A DNA stretch of 61,644 nucleotides from Bigelowiella natans CCMP2755 (taxonomy: Eukaryota; Protista; Cercozoa), in contig ADNK01000442.1 in the NCBI GenBank assembly GCA_000320545.1, positions 1-61,644 of the forward strand. Direction: 5' to 3'. The translations under genes and the position numbers were made by a program. The stretch's first letter is position 1. Each line of letters begins with the position of its first letter. Shown one piece after another: positions 27,758 to 39,636 of this stretch. Under the pieces are notes generated by a model, which saw only the letters and a list, made by a program, of their open reading frames with translations, was not told the origin of the DNA and did not search any database.

Positions 27758-28421
27758 ATGGCGCAAGCATCATGGAACGGGGTCATTGTTGCAGAGACCA
27801 AAACATTTGAGACTATTGAGGTGGTTTATCCCTCTGTTTTCTTGTAGCAAATCAGTTTTTACTTCCTTGCCTTGTCCTTCGTTTTCGTAGGGCAACATCT
27901 ATTTTCCCCCGGAAGCTCTAAAGAAAGATTACTTTAGGGACAGCGACCATACTTCGGTACTTACAATTGATAGGAAACCTCTGCACATCAACTAATAAAA
28001 AATGAATTTGGATAGGTGTGTGGATGGAAAGGAAAATGCAACTACTACAACCTGAACGTCGGTCAATGCATGCGTGTTGCTGTCTTTGAATCAGTCAATC
28101 AATCTTTGTCATTAGGAACATTGTTTCACAATATTTTAATAACCAGGTTGACGGAAAAGTAAATCTCAACTGTGCATTTGTTTATAAAAACCCCAAGCCA
28201 GCCGCCACCAAGATCAAAGACTACGTAGCATTCTGGAAAGGTGGTTTCTATTCTTTCTTTCCAACAATTTGTACAGCAAGTGCTATATTTTCTTCCGAAA
28301 ATCAGGTGTAAAAGTAGAGGAAGTGGATCCAAATAACATTGGCAAAGGTGGGAATGAAGAGAATAAAACCAAAAATCTTGTTCAAGGAGAGAAACAGAGC
28401 AAAAAGTGTGTTATACTTTAG
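27758..28421 (+). CDS. DUF427 protein with C-terminal CaaX motif, 5 exons
   Basis: MAQASWNGVIVAETKTFETIE|GNIYFPPEALKKDYFRDSDHTS|VCGWKGKCNYYNLN|VDGKVNLNCAFVYKNPKPAATKIKDYVAFWK|GVKVEE..KQSKKCVIL*. It matches the DUF427 pattern EGNxYFP, CxWKG, YVAFW. Confidence 0.85.
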
Positions 28422-28955
28422 AATGCGATTTGAATGTAACAGTATCGTCTATCATTTACGCAATTGGTGAAAAAAACAAGTGAAAACATGCAGGTATAGC
28501 ATTGAGATAATAGGAATTATTATGTTGTTATCATTGATGAAAGTTGCTTGCAAGCTTTATGGGCCCATCTCTCCAAATCTAGACATTTACAGCATGAACA
28601 ATGTAGCGCGAATGTTGTCCACTGCATGTGCTATTTTTCCACATGTCGATATACATCTGTATATCTTGTATGCATGTGCATGTACCTACACATGTTTCAT
28701 GCCATAAACCAAGTACAGAACATCGAGGAAAATATGATCAATAACGCATAGCTAGATAGCCAGCAGCCAGATAGCGCGAGCATGCAATAATACATAGCAG
28801 GGAGCGTAGCGCTTTACGTTTGTGTGCTTTACAATAGTTATAATTGAAAGTGTGAGGGCTCATGTGCACCAAACGGCTAGACAGCTTCACTTCACGCCTA
28901 GCTCTAACATGATCAAGGCGATGCGTCAAACTCTGGTGTTCACCCCCTCTAGCCC

Positions 28956-30431
28956 TCATGATGTTTTGTGATCATTCTTGTTGCCAGCAATTGTAGCAGC
29001 GGATTCCTTGACCTTCTTTTTGCTTGCATCTTTTTTGGCAGCCTTTGCGCCGTCGTCGTCCTTTTGCTGCAACTGTCTCTCATCACACTCTCGCAGGGCC
29101 TGTTGCCAGCCTTTCCGAAGGCACCCGACCGGTACCCAGCCCCGTTCCATCCATTCTTTGGTTCCAGACACATTGTTAACGTTGAGGTCTCTTTCCGGTA
29201 TGAAATCCGATTCCTCGGCTTCTGACCGCGGAAGCTTTCGCGCGTAGACCCAGTAGCGCCTAACCCGCGTAATGAGCAGGCAATCACCCTTTACGACAGA
29301 AAGGCGGCGTTCGTCGCAGTCGGGGAAGTTGTACACAGTCGAGTAGCCTTTCGTTGAGTTGGAAAAAAAAAAAGTTGTGTTTATTTGTGTGTGTGCAAGT
29401 ATATTGTTGTTTTTTTTCATATATTTGTCATATTTTGGAAGTGAAGCAGAAAAACCTAGCGGCTTACCATATCGCCAGCACATTACAGGAGTACAATGGG
29501 TAGACGTCATCAGCGACGAATTAAAGGCCGAGGAGACGAGCGCCCGAAAGCTACGATCCTAGGTGGTTGAGCCGTGATTGCAATAGTGTAATAATCACCC
29601 CGAAATAAGCATAAAAAATATAGCGCTGTCAAACAAAATGGAGGGTAGTAAAATCAAGAAAATATCGGCGACGGCGATAAAGAGTCGAAAAGAATTAAGA
29701 GATACGGAAATATGGGAAACAGTCTCCCATCTCCTCTAATCTCTCTTAAATAACCATCACCTTCTTGAGTTTTTTCTGTGTCAATTGTTCTATTGTTAGA
29801 TCATACTCTCCGCAGCCTTCCCTCACAGGATATCTATATGTATAAATGGTCCAGCAAGAATGATGTCAAAGCATATTAACTCATCATCTTTCTCTTGTTT
29901 CCCCCCCCCCCAGGTTTGCTGCTCCCGAACATGTGTTGCTTTTGTAGCAGCGGCAGCAGTAGCAGCAGCAGCAGCAGCAGCAGCAGCATCGACCTAATCC
30001 CGTCATCCTCCTGCTTATCCACGGTGAGAAATCGCACTGGCAGCATCCATAAGAGTGGGTTTGATCCGAGAACGAACTTAATATTTCCGAGGCAACTAAA
30101 GTTGGATGACCCAGGCGTGAGTGCATGTCATGTCCCGTTCCAACTTCACGTATCTCTCTTCCCCTCTCCCTCTCTCTCTCTTTTCCTACATATGCGCGTG
30201 TGCGTGCGCCAGGTTGCCGGCTGTGGTGTAATCCTGTCCCCTATTCCCCTCCTCCTCCTCCTCCTCTTCTTCATGTCTTCATCTCCTCACCCAAGGTCGT
30301 AGGGGTAGACGAATGGCTCCTCCCGATGTCGTGATTCCGCCTTCCGTTTGATCCACTGCTCTATGCCTGAGAAGAATTTTTACAACATTTTCCTTTGAAG
30401 TTACCGTACACACACACACACACACACACAC

Positions 30432-30477
<46 letters not shown>

Positions 30478-32488
30478 CACACTTTATGATATAATATTCC
30501 TATAGTGTACATATGCATGTGCATGTGCGGGTGCATGGTGTGCGCGCAATAATTATTTATGGTACACGACTGTCATCACACAGCAGCTCCTTAGGCACAA
30601 AAGGCAGGACTACCAGTGATATTTCCAATCAGGCTCTGTGATTGCTGAAACCATAGGCAACCGATGCTCACTACCAAGCTCGCAGCTAATACCTTCAAAA
30701 TTCGATGAGGATTCACAAATTAATACGAGATCTCTTCACAGCATACGATCGGATATCAAAATGACGAAAGTGTGCGACGTGTCTAGTTGGCTATCTGCCC
30801 CTTCCTCATCCCCCCGCCCCAAACGCTTTGTCCCTACCATAGCCATGAGCATCTTGTATATGCGAAGAACGACACTAGCGGGATAGCGATTTATTTTGGG
30901 AAATACGATCCATGCCCCGCTATCAGAAACACAAAGTGGTGAGAGGTTTATTGGCTTAATTTCGCATTTAGGCTTCCTCGTTCGCAGTAGTACCGGACGG
31001 TGTAGGGAGCGAGAAGTATACAGCTATGCGAACATGCGATGAGCACGTAGGTGATGAAGAGGAAGAAATCCTTGTGGTTTCGATGACCTTACGAAAAATC
31101 AACACAAGCAACATCGGAGAAATCCGAGCAATGGAACAGTTCGATGCGTTCACGTGCACATAAGCTAGCGAGCAATAGAAAGAGGCAAACTGAAATATTT
31201 TCATCTTATTAACCTCTCTGAATGTTGGAGAATAATTACATAAACTCTTTTTCTTTCTGAATTGATTTTTTTGGTGCTTCGATGTGTTTGCCATGGTGAT
31301 GTACATAGGATCGATGTTTGCGATAACAACAGTGAATGCGACGTGAAATATACTACCCACGCAATTGTTGACCCACGGGCAATGATGGTCCATCTTCAAT
31401 ACGCACTTGTTGCACACGCTGCAGTGATGGGCTCTTGGAGGCTTAAACCTATGTGTCGTGCCGTCGATTAACAAGTTGATCGTGTTTGGCAACAGTATAG
31501 TCGTGGTGCACATGCCAGGTTCAGTATACGTATGCAATACGATTGTGTACGTGATAGATATCTTCAAGGATTATAATTAAATGGAAGATTATTTCTTTTG
31601 ATGATACTCGTAACATCCCCTCCATCCCCCCCCTCCCCCGCTCTCTCTCTCTCTCTCAGTCACTCACCCTTTACAACGCTTACAATACTGAAGGTAAGCC
31701 TGGCATTTTTCATCTTCTGGCTTCCATTCCTTTTCCGTTCGATGAAAAGGAAATAAGGGAACAACGATTGCAACTGTGAGGAGAGAGTCGACTCTATATT
31801 CACTGACAGCATTGTAATCGCTTACGTTGTTCAAGATTATCATGATCATCACCACCACTACTATCATCAATCCATCATATCGGCATTATTGAATGCTTAT
31901 GATCATACTGTTCTCACCTTCGGGGCGTGACCGGGGCCTTTGAATAAAGCTTTGAGGTAGCTGTAGGTCAGCATAATCACTGAGAAGATGTACCTGATAA
32001 CACAGTCGTCACAGGGTGCCTATCGAATTGCCTGGATGCCTCTGCATTCTCCGCTTCTACAACTCCTTCATGATAAAATACACATCCCCCCCCCCCCCCC
32101 CCCCATATTCCCTCCCTCTAAACACAGAACCGTAAATTTACGATTCTATCTATTGTTGACGGGATAGGAGGAGGAGAAAGTACGTTACCAGGCGGTCTCA
32201 ATATGGCCTGGGCTTCGACCGCGGCGCTCGACGATGACATTATCGAAAGTCACGTAAAAGATGAATGTAATGAGACCTATCGTCACCATAGGGCCCCAGT
32301 GGAACATCCTGAACCTGCACATTTTTTCAAGTCATCACAATGTAGTAGTGGTCTCAGGTACTACTCGGGAAGGTCATTCCTGTGCATGATGAGAAAGATT
32401 TGGTGCTGCGTGTTTATGTATCGGGGATTCCATAGTTCGTTATGGAGGCTCACCCAAGGATGCACTTGGCGATGTCACGGATGACCAT
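28956..32488 (-). CDS. ZDHHC6: DHHC palmitoyltransferase, ZDHHC6-like (DHHC + C-terminal SH3)
   Basis: N-terminal [12 protein letters not shown]; [51 protein letters not shown]; last exon [31 protein letters not shown] (SH3-like). Confidence 0.8.
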
Positions 32489-32645
32489 TCTTTGCGGGTG
32501 GGGGGGGGCGGGGAAGAAGAGCGCAACTTTGCGGCAGAATTCCCAGGTGTAAATATGCTAATTTTTCTAAACCAAAAAATTCCATATCGCAACACTGACA
32601 ACACGAGGTAATCGATCGACTTCATCTTCTCCTCGATCCAAAATC
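32489..32645. promoter_or_regulatory. Putative bidirectional promoter (157 bp between divergent ATGs)
   Basis: ZDHHC6-like ATG at 32488 (-) and FW-Ub-2OG ATG at 32646 (+); positional inference only. Confidence 0.5.
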
Positions 32646-34232
32646 ATGAGCAGCGGACAGAGCAGTGATCCAAAGGTCGCGTTCGTGGCGGACGTGACTA
32701 TTCCTGATGGCTTTGAGGTCGGAGTTGGGTCGACCATTACCAAGACCTGGAGGCTAAAGAACGTCAGACTACTCTCTATTCGTATCTCTCTTACACAATA
32801 TACCACACAAGGAACAACATGGTTTTTCTTTACTTCTCCACATGATGCCTGGATAACGATAAGTCGTACAACAGAGCGGGAAGACCAGTTGGCCTGCAGG
32901 AACGCACATCCTCGCCGCCCCTAGCAATGAAAAGAGCGGCGGCTTCGGTGCGGAAATTAAGAAGCATCATCTTGTTGGAGTCCCACCCCCTGGAAGTTCG
33001 ATCGACATCACACTGGATATAAAGGTGGGTTATTCAGTGGTTGTTTCCATGAGCAGTTTACGTGAATTGAGGGTGCGGTGAAGATGAAAAGGGAGTTGAG
33101 CCTATGCATCGATGGATTATTCATGATAACGCCAAATGTGAGCGTGAATAATGCATAGGTGCCGGAAAAGCCGGGGAACTATAAGGCTGAATTCTACCTC
33201 GCCACGGCCGAGGGTAAACAATTTAGTTTCACCTTCTGGGCCAAGATCGATGCAAAGGTGATCAGGAAGAGTGGTGGATCCGTGCAGATTTTCGTCAAAT
33301 CTCTCACTGGTAAGAAGACCACTGTGGACGTCGAGTTATCGGATACCGTCGAGTGCCTGATGTCAAAGATCCAGGACGCGGAAGGAATTCCTCCTGATCA
33401 GCAGCGTCTCGTTTTTGCTGGTAAGGAGCTTGAGGCTGGACGTACCCTTGCAAGTTACGGTATTCAGAAGGAATCACTTCTGCATATAATTTTGAAATTG
33501 CGCAACATCGGCGTATTTGGAACTTATAGCTATCAGCCACTAGGTCGGGATCTCCTCACCGACGCCGACCTTTTTCTCGATCACGAGGATGAAAAGAGAG
33601 AGGGCTTCAAGTACGACCGTGACTACTGCATGAACATCATCAAGGCTACCAATGCGGCACCACAAGCTACATTCGTAGCAACCGAACATCGGTTGCTCCT
33701 GAGCGAGCGAGTGTGCGCAAAGTTGCGGAGATTCCTCGATGAACAAGCATCTGCGTTGAAGACTGGCAAGACTTCCAGGCGGTCGAAAAGCTACGAGTAC
33801 GGCGACAACGACGATCTCAAGATTGATGTGACTTTGGACGAATTGAAACGCTTGATTCATGATGCCGAGAAGAACGAAAAGGAGGGCGATCATCAATGTA
33901 GTGGTGACAGGGCTGATGCAGTCCTCCAGCGGATCGCTCAAGCATTTCCGTCTGAAAAATGGCACAAGATCAAACTGAGGCGTTGTGCTGCTCACGGACA
34001 GCACATTGGCTTCCACACCGACGTATCCGAAGAAACCATCCAAATACCATTGAATGACGACACCGAGTATGAGGGGGGGAGGCTTGTCTTTCTTAACACT
34101 GGGGGTATCCACGTCCCAAAACGCAGTGCTGGCTCCTACACCATTCATCCGAAGGACATTGCACACGGAGTCTCTGTGCTCAAAAGCGGAGTGCGATATG
34201 GGCTCTATATTCTTCGAACTACGCTGCAGTAG
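32646..34232 (+). CDS. Fusion protein: NBR1-type FW (Ig-like) domain + ubiquitin-like domain + 2OG-Fe(II) dioxygenase, 3 exons
   Basis: Exons 1-2: [19 protein letters not shown]|[10 protein letters not shown]. Exon 3: [16 protein letters not shown], then [52 protein letters not shown], then [29 protein letters not shown]. Confidence 0.9.
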
Positions 34233-35368
34233 TGGTGGGTTGCTGCGATGTGTACATACCTAACAATAACGGCTGGGCTGGAACCTCGACATGCAACCAG
34301 AGTTACATTTTAATCACATTTTCAGAAAACACAAAATTCCTGCGAGACTTTTACTTTGTTCTCCAACTACACTAGCTAGCCGACTGCTACCGGCGACGAT
34401 ATATGAGAAATCAAAATTCTAATTCTTCATTGCATCCCATTCTCTGTCTGCCACACTAGCACAAGTGTGAAGCACATGCGTGATGCTGCTCGATCAGACT
34501 GCGAACATGTCGTATATATGTAGCGCATCTAAATAGGGATGCATCTGAGCCCATCTTCCTTTCCACATTATTTATTGACTACATTGGCTGGCGGCTGTAT
34601 GTATGCTAGCTTTGCTTACTCAGACATGAATATCATGTTATATGGCGCCTCGCTGCACAAAGTGGCAAAGCTGCACACTTATGTTGTCTGGCTAGACAGA
34701 CATGTGGCCATCACTGCTGTACTTGCCATTGGGTCCTAGAAATACATGACGCAGCATAGCCTCTATATGCATGCTAACATGGAACATAAGAATGTTTCAA
34801 GCATTCATCATTGTCACTACTTGTGATTGTACAAGGTACGCGCGTGTAATGTACATTACGCATTCGAGCGTATCGTGGGGCTTCTCTCTGAATCATTTAG
34901 ATCCTTTCCTGAATCAAGGATCTACGAGTATGTTAGATTACTGGGTGTGCTATGAGAGACGGTCGGAGAATTCATGCCGAAGGTTGGACTCACTTGCTGG
35001 ACCTGCATGAAGGAGGTGCGTGAGCTGCTTGGGATGATGAGTTGATGACAATATTCTCTCGGATAAAAAAGCATCCAAGGAAGGAGCTAGAACACACACA
35101 CTCGCGTGCATGGTTTGTTCATGCATCGTGTGAGTGAAGATGAACAGGTTCTTGTACCATTGGGATGGGATCAACTGTGATCAATAAGTGTCAACACTGC
35201 AGTCTCGTGGATGGGAGAAGCCGTGACATTGTTGTGTAACGTTAATGCCCTGGTTGAAATACCCACAGATCCATTCGATTAAATCACCATGTGTCGTGTG
35301 TATGTATGCGTGAAAGCCATCATGCACATTTATGTATTTGTAATGTTGGTACCATGCAAAATAACATT

Positions 35369-35411
<43 letters not shown>

Positions 35412-35458
35412 CATGGATTTTCACACGTTACTGTGGCGGATCAGCGGGGAGAAGGGCT

Positions 35459-36214
35459 TTACGTCGGTAAGCTACCAGCTGATATATCAGGGCATCAAAA
35501 AGTTCCAAAATTATGTTTTGATCATGTTTTGAATTTGAAAGTCCAACAGTTACTGTACTTGTCTCAAAGGACATTATTGCCTAAAAACCAATATGATTTT
35601 GATATGTATCTTCTGATGTGTTGCGATCGTCGTCGTTCTATCGTTGGCCGGACCGTTTCACCCGAGAGGCGGTGGCTTTTCAGATGGTTATACAGCTAAA
35701 AAAATGAGGCGATGGCATCAATGCGTTGGCAATGGCGACAACGAAGATAGGTGGTTACTCTGCTAGTAGTGAGTGAGTGAGAACAAAGATGGTGCACGAA
35801 TGATGAATTTAGTGACTTCGGGAAGATACTAGCGGACATGCAGCGAAGTTGTGGGACAAAGACAGGGAAGTAATCATTTCAAGCACTGTTCGTACATAGA
35901 GCGATCTAATTTTATTTTCCCATCATCATTCAATGCATCATCGAATCATCCTTACATTGGACTGTGCTCGGAACCACTCTTTGCACACCTATCATCGTCA
36001 TCATCATCGTCGTCGTCATCATCAAACCATCGATATTATCATGATGACCGTAGACAATCTCACCACCACAGCGTAACATGAGAAGAGAAAGAGGAGGAGG
36101 GGGGAGGAGGAAGAGATACAGAGGAAGAAATGGACTACACAGTATTTCACTACCGGACAGCAGAAGGATTTCTTGTCCAAGTGCACCGCAAAATGCGAAT
36201 CGAAGTTCTGACAG

Positions 36215-36254
<40 letters not shown>

Positions 36255-36275
36255 ACACGCACGTCAAATGATACT

Positions 36276-36314
<39 letters not shown>

Positions 36315-36383
36315 GTATGTGTTTGTGTGTGTAGACACGTTTTGATTCATCACCTACAAAACGGAACCCCCTCCCACCTCCTC

Positions 36384-36414
<31 letters not shown>

Positions 36415-37761
36415 TAAGGTCGTCGAGCTACCTGTCTCGATGACAGCTTCTTATTGCACTGGGGGCATCTGAACTTTCCCTCCGATGCATGAACGTGCAT
36501 GTGGTGTGTCAAATGGCCCAGCTGGGAGTAGTAGTAGCAGTAGCAGCAGCAGCAGCAGCACGTGGTACTCGTTTATCACACACATAGACGATGGAAAATT
36601 GGTGTTCGCACGAATTAAGCTATGTGTCTGCAAAGAACAGAGAAAGAGGATCAAGAAAGACGAAGAAGGGCCGCCGATTCTGCCCTCGATCTCTCTCACG
36701 CGAACCACCGACCTACATCTTGATAGAAAACCTAGTGTTCAATCTACCACCACCACCACCACCACCACCTGTTTGAATGCTTTGTTGCACTTCGTACACT
36801 TGAACGGTCTTCGGAACGAGTGGACTGCCCTATGCTGCTCCAGCCCGAATGCATCCTGGGTGGTGGGGATTGGGGGAGGGGGTTAGGGTTAGGGTTAGGA
36901 AGAAGAAGAAGGAGAAGAAGAGGCATGGAGGCATGCGAAGAAGCAGACCAAAAGAGAGACAACACACAGTGTGTTAGCAAAGATGATGGCGACAATTATG
37001 CCAATGATTCCAAATCATGCACCGTGCAACCAACACAGGGCTAGCGGATATAAATAAATAAATATATATATATATATATATACATAAACTGTACATACAC
37101 GCACGCACACACACACACGCATACACACAAACACACGCACAAACTGGAGCAGCCCAACTTATCCACACCAAACTCTCAGCAGCCCCCCCCCCCCCCCCCC
37201 CCCTTCCCAAGCAAGCAAGCGAGCAAACATACCCTAAAAGACTTCCTGCATATAGGGCAGATGTTCTTGGTCTCTCGCATGGTCGAATCGTTGCGGCGGG
37301 CACACCGATCAGCATGCCTGTTGTTGTGGTTGTTGTTGTTTATTGCAGAAACAGAGGAGAGATGGAAAAAGTCGAGAGTTAAACAAAGAAAGAGTGCGTC
37401 GTCGGTCAGGAGAACATCAGCGCTTCTCTCGCCTCTTCGCAATGTGCACAGACGTACTTGAAGAAGTCAGTCCATCTAGTGAAGTTCGTGTCTCCGCACA
37501 GCGTACACTCCATGTTGTTTGACTGTTGTCAAGGAGGTAAGAGCATCGATGATTCGTTGTCCCCGAAGAAGCCGCACATGATGTGTATATTTAACGGGTG
37601 AATCAAATGGAGACCACTACCACAATATGTTGTTGGCATGCGAATGGTGCGTAAAGTAAAGCAGTCACTGTGTGCGGTAATGATAAAGGCTGGGGAGTTG
37701 TTTAATGTGATTTTGACTTTAATATCGTTGCTTACAGCTCGTAACATGCGTTGTAGTATAA

Positions 37762-37802
<41 letters not shown>

Positions 37803-38252
37803 CATCACCACCATCAACACCACCATCATTCCATCATCGGTTTCTCAGTCGTCATCATCATTTTCGCCAATCAATATTGTTTACTATGATGCCTTACTAT
37901 GTTTGCATGATTGCTCCGCACGTGCGTATCTAAGACCCACTGAAATAATAAAAAATAGGTATTATGAAAGCTAAGATAACACCATTGAGTATGGTGAACG
38001 TAGTCGCCCCACCCTCCCCCCCCCAACCACAAAAATAACCTTTCTCTCACCCCTAAATATGTATTGCTGTCGTTATTGCGTCTCCTCTATACCATCACCC
38101 ACCTTCGAGGCGAAGACCCTCCAGCATTCAGAGCACTTAAACTGCGTCGTATTCTGGTGATGATGGTGATGATGGTGATAATGATGATGATGATGATGCT
38201 GTATCAAATCTTTACATACATACAAATTACATCTTTTGTTTATTGTGTACAC

Positions 38253-38284
<32 letters not shown>

Positions 38285-38575
38285 TCAGCATATTCTTCTT
38301 TGCGCCGAATAGCAGCTACCTGGAAATGAGTTTCAAGGTGTTTCCGGGCGGCATGCGGGTAAATAAACCGCCTTCGACATTTTGAGCACATGTAAGGCTT
38401 CTCGCCCTGCAAATTGAAATGGGACACCGATGATAAATGTTTGTTTATCGTGTAGTCGTCGCTATCCCTGCCTCTTGCCCCTACCCTCTACCCCTGCAAT
38501 ATTTCTTTTACCGTGTGGACATGGGAATGCCAACGTAGGTGTGCACTTTGCTGGAATGTTTGGTTGCCTAAGTTC

Positions 38576-38613
<38 letters not shown>

Positions 38614-38630
38614 ATATGTGGGAGAAATCA

Positions 38631-38667
<37 letters not shown>

Positions 38668-39484
38668 CTTGTATAGTATCCTACTCTATGCAAGTGGTGA
38701 TAGTACATGTTTCACACGTATAAGGGCGCTCCCCTGTGTGCGTCTTTATGTGCCGATTGACGCTCGATGGTTGACTAGCATAATCACATTAAAAACAAAC
38801 AAGAAATTGAGACCGGTCTCTATGCTACCAGAGCGGGCATTACATATCAGTCTCTATCCTTATGCTTTGTGCACAGCAGGGGCAGGACAGTTAGAAGGAT
38901 GAGATGATACAATATACCTGAAAGTTTTGAAGCAATGAGGACACTGCGAAGAGGAGATATTCTTGCGGGAGCCCCTACTATTGCTGGCAGACACAAGTCC
39001 TTGTGGGACGTATGGGCTGTATCTCGATTTTATGCGCCCACACAATCCATATTTACGATTATAGCGCTCGGAGTCCTGTCTCCTACATGGTTGGTGATGA
39101 AGATGACTTCCACGAAACAACGCGCTGTTGTTTTATGAAGCAGTACCATAGAGTCTTCGGCAGCTTCACGATGCGAGCAGGCGTGCTCTTCAAGTCCTCC
39201 AATCTGAAACGCGAACCAGACATAAAAAAGTACCATTTTAAACTCTTGGTAGTAGGGTGATGTGAGGGCTCTCTCTTCTGTCCTCCTTGATGATATGGGA
39301 TAGGGGGTGGGAAGTACGTCGTCAGATGCCACCTTTCAATGCTTTCTATGCGCGTGTGCTGGGAAATTTTGTGCTCGCTGGCCATTTTAAGGTCTCGTGC
39401 TCGTTTCGTATGAGCCACCAGGGAAGCAGCCACGAGAAAGACCAGGCAGAGACGAATCGTCGACGTCACCAGCTGCCTGGCCAT
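35459..39484 (-). CDS. Nine-finger C2H2 zinc-finger protein with N-terminal signal-peptide-like segment (3' end approximate)
   Basis: Spliced fingers CPHC..HIKTH-TGERPY-CETC..HSHVH-TGEKPY-CSKC..HLETH, CSEC..HVRSNH, CTLC..HADRC, CPIC..HRAVH, CTKC..HMHVH, CPQC..HFAVH, CPVC..HLKSH. N-terminus MARQLVTSTIRLCLVFLVAASLVAH is linked by phase-consistent exons; this link is less certain than the fingers. Confidence 0.8.
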
Positions 39485-39636
39485 CCGCCATTTTATCGGG
39501 AGATTGCTTGTTTGTAGGGAAAATGAGGGGGAGTTCCCGATGTTTTCGGGGATTATTTTGCCGATATTCTCTCGAGATTGTATCGATTATTTCGAGATCC
39601 TCCAGAGATTTCTCATCACATACCCGGAAGCAGCCG
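39485..39636. promoter_or_regulatory. Putative bidirectional promoter (152 bp between divergent ATGs)
   Basis: Zinc-finger gene ATG at 39484 (-) and msrB ATG at 39637 (+); positional inference only. Confidence 0.5.

Noticed and set aside
33270-33510. Ubiquitin precursor or polyubiquitin gene
   Set aside because: Single internal copy without the C-terminal GG; it is an integral UBL domain.
36858-36900. Telomere-like (TTAGGG)~3 within a G-rich stretch
   Set aside because: Fewer than three full units, inside an intron of a repeat-rich genome; not evidence of a telomere or fusion.
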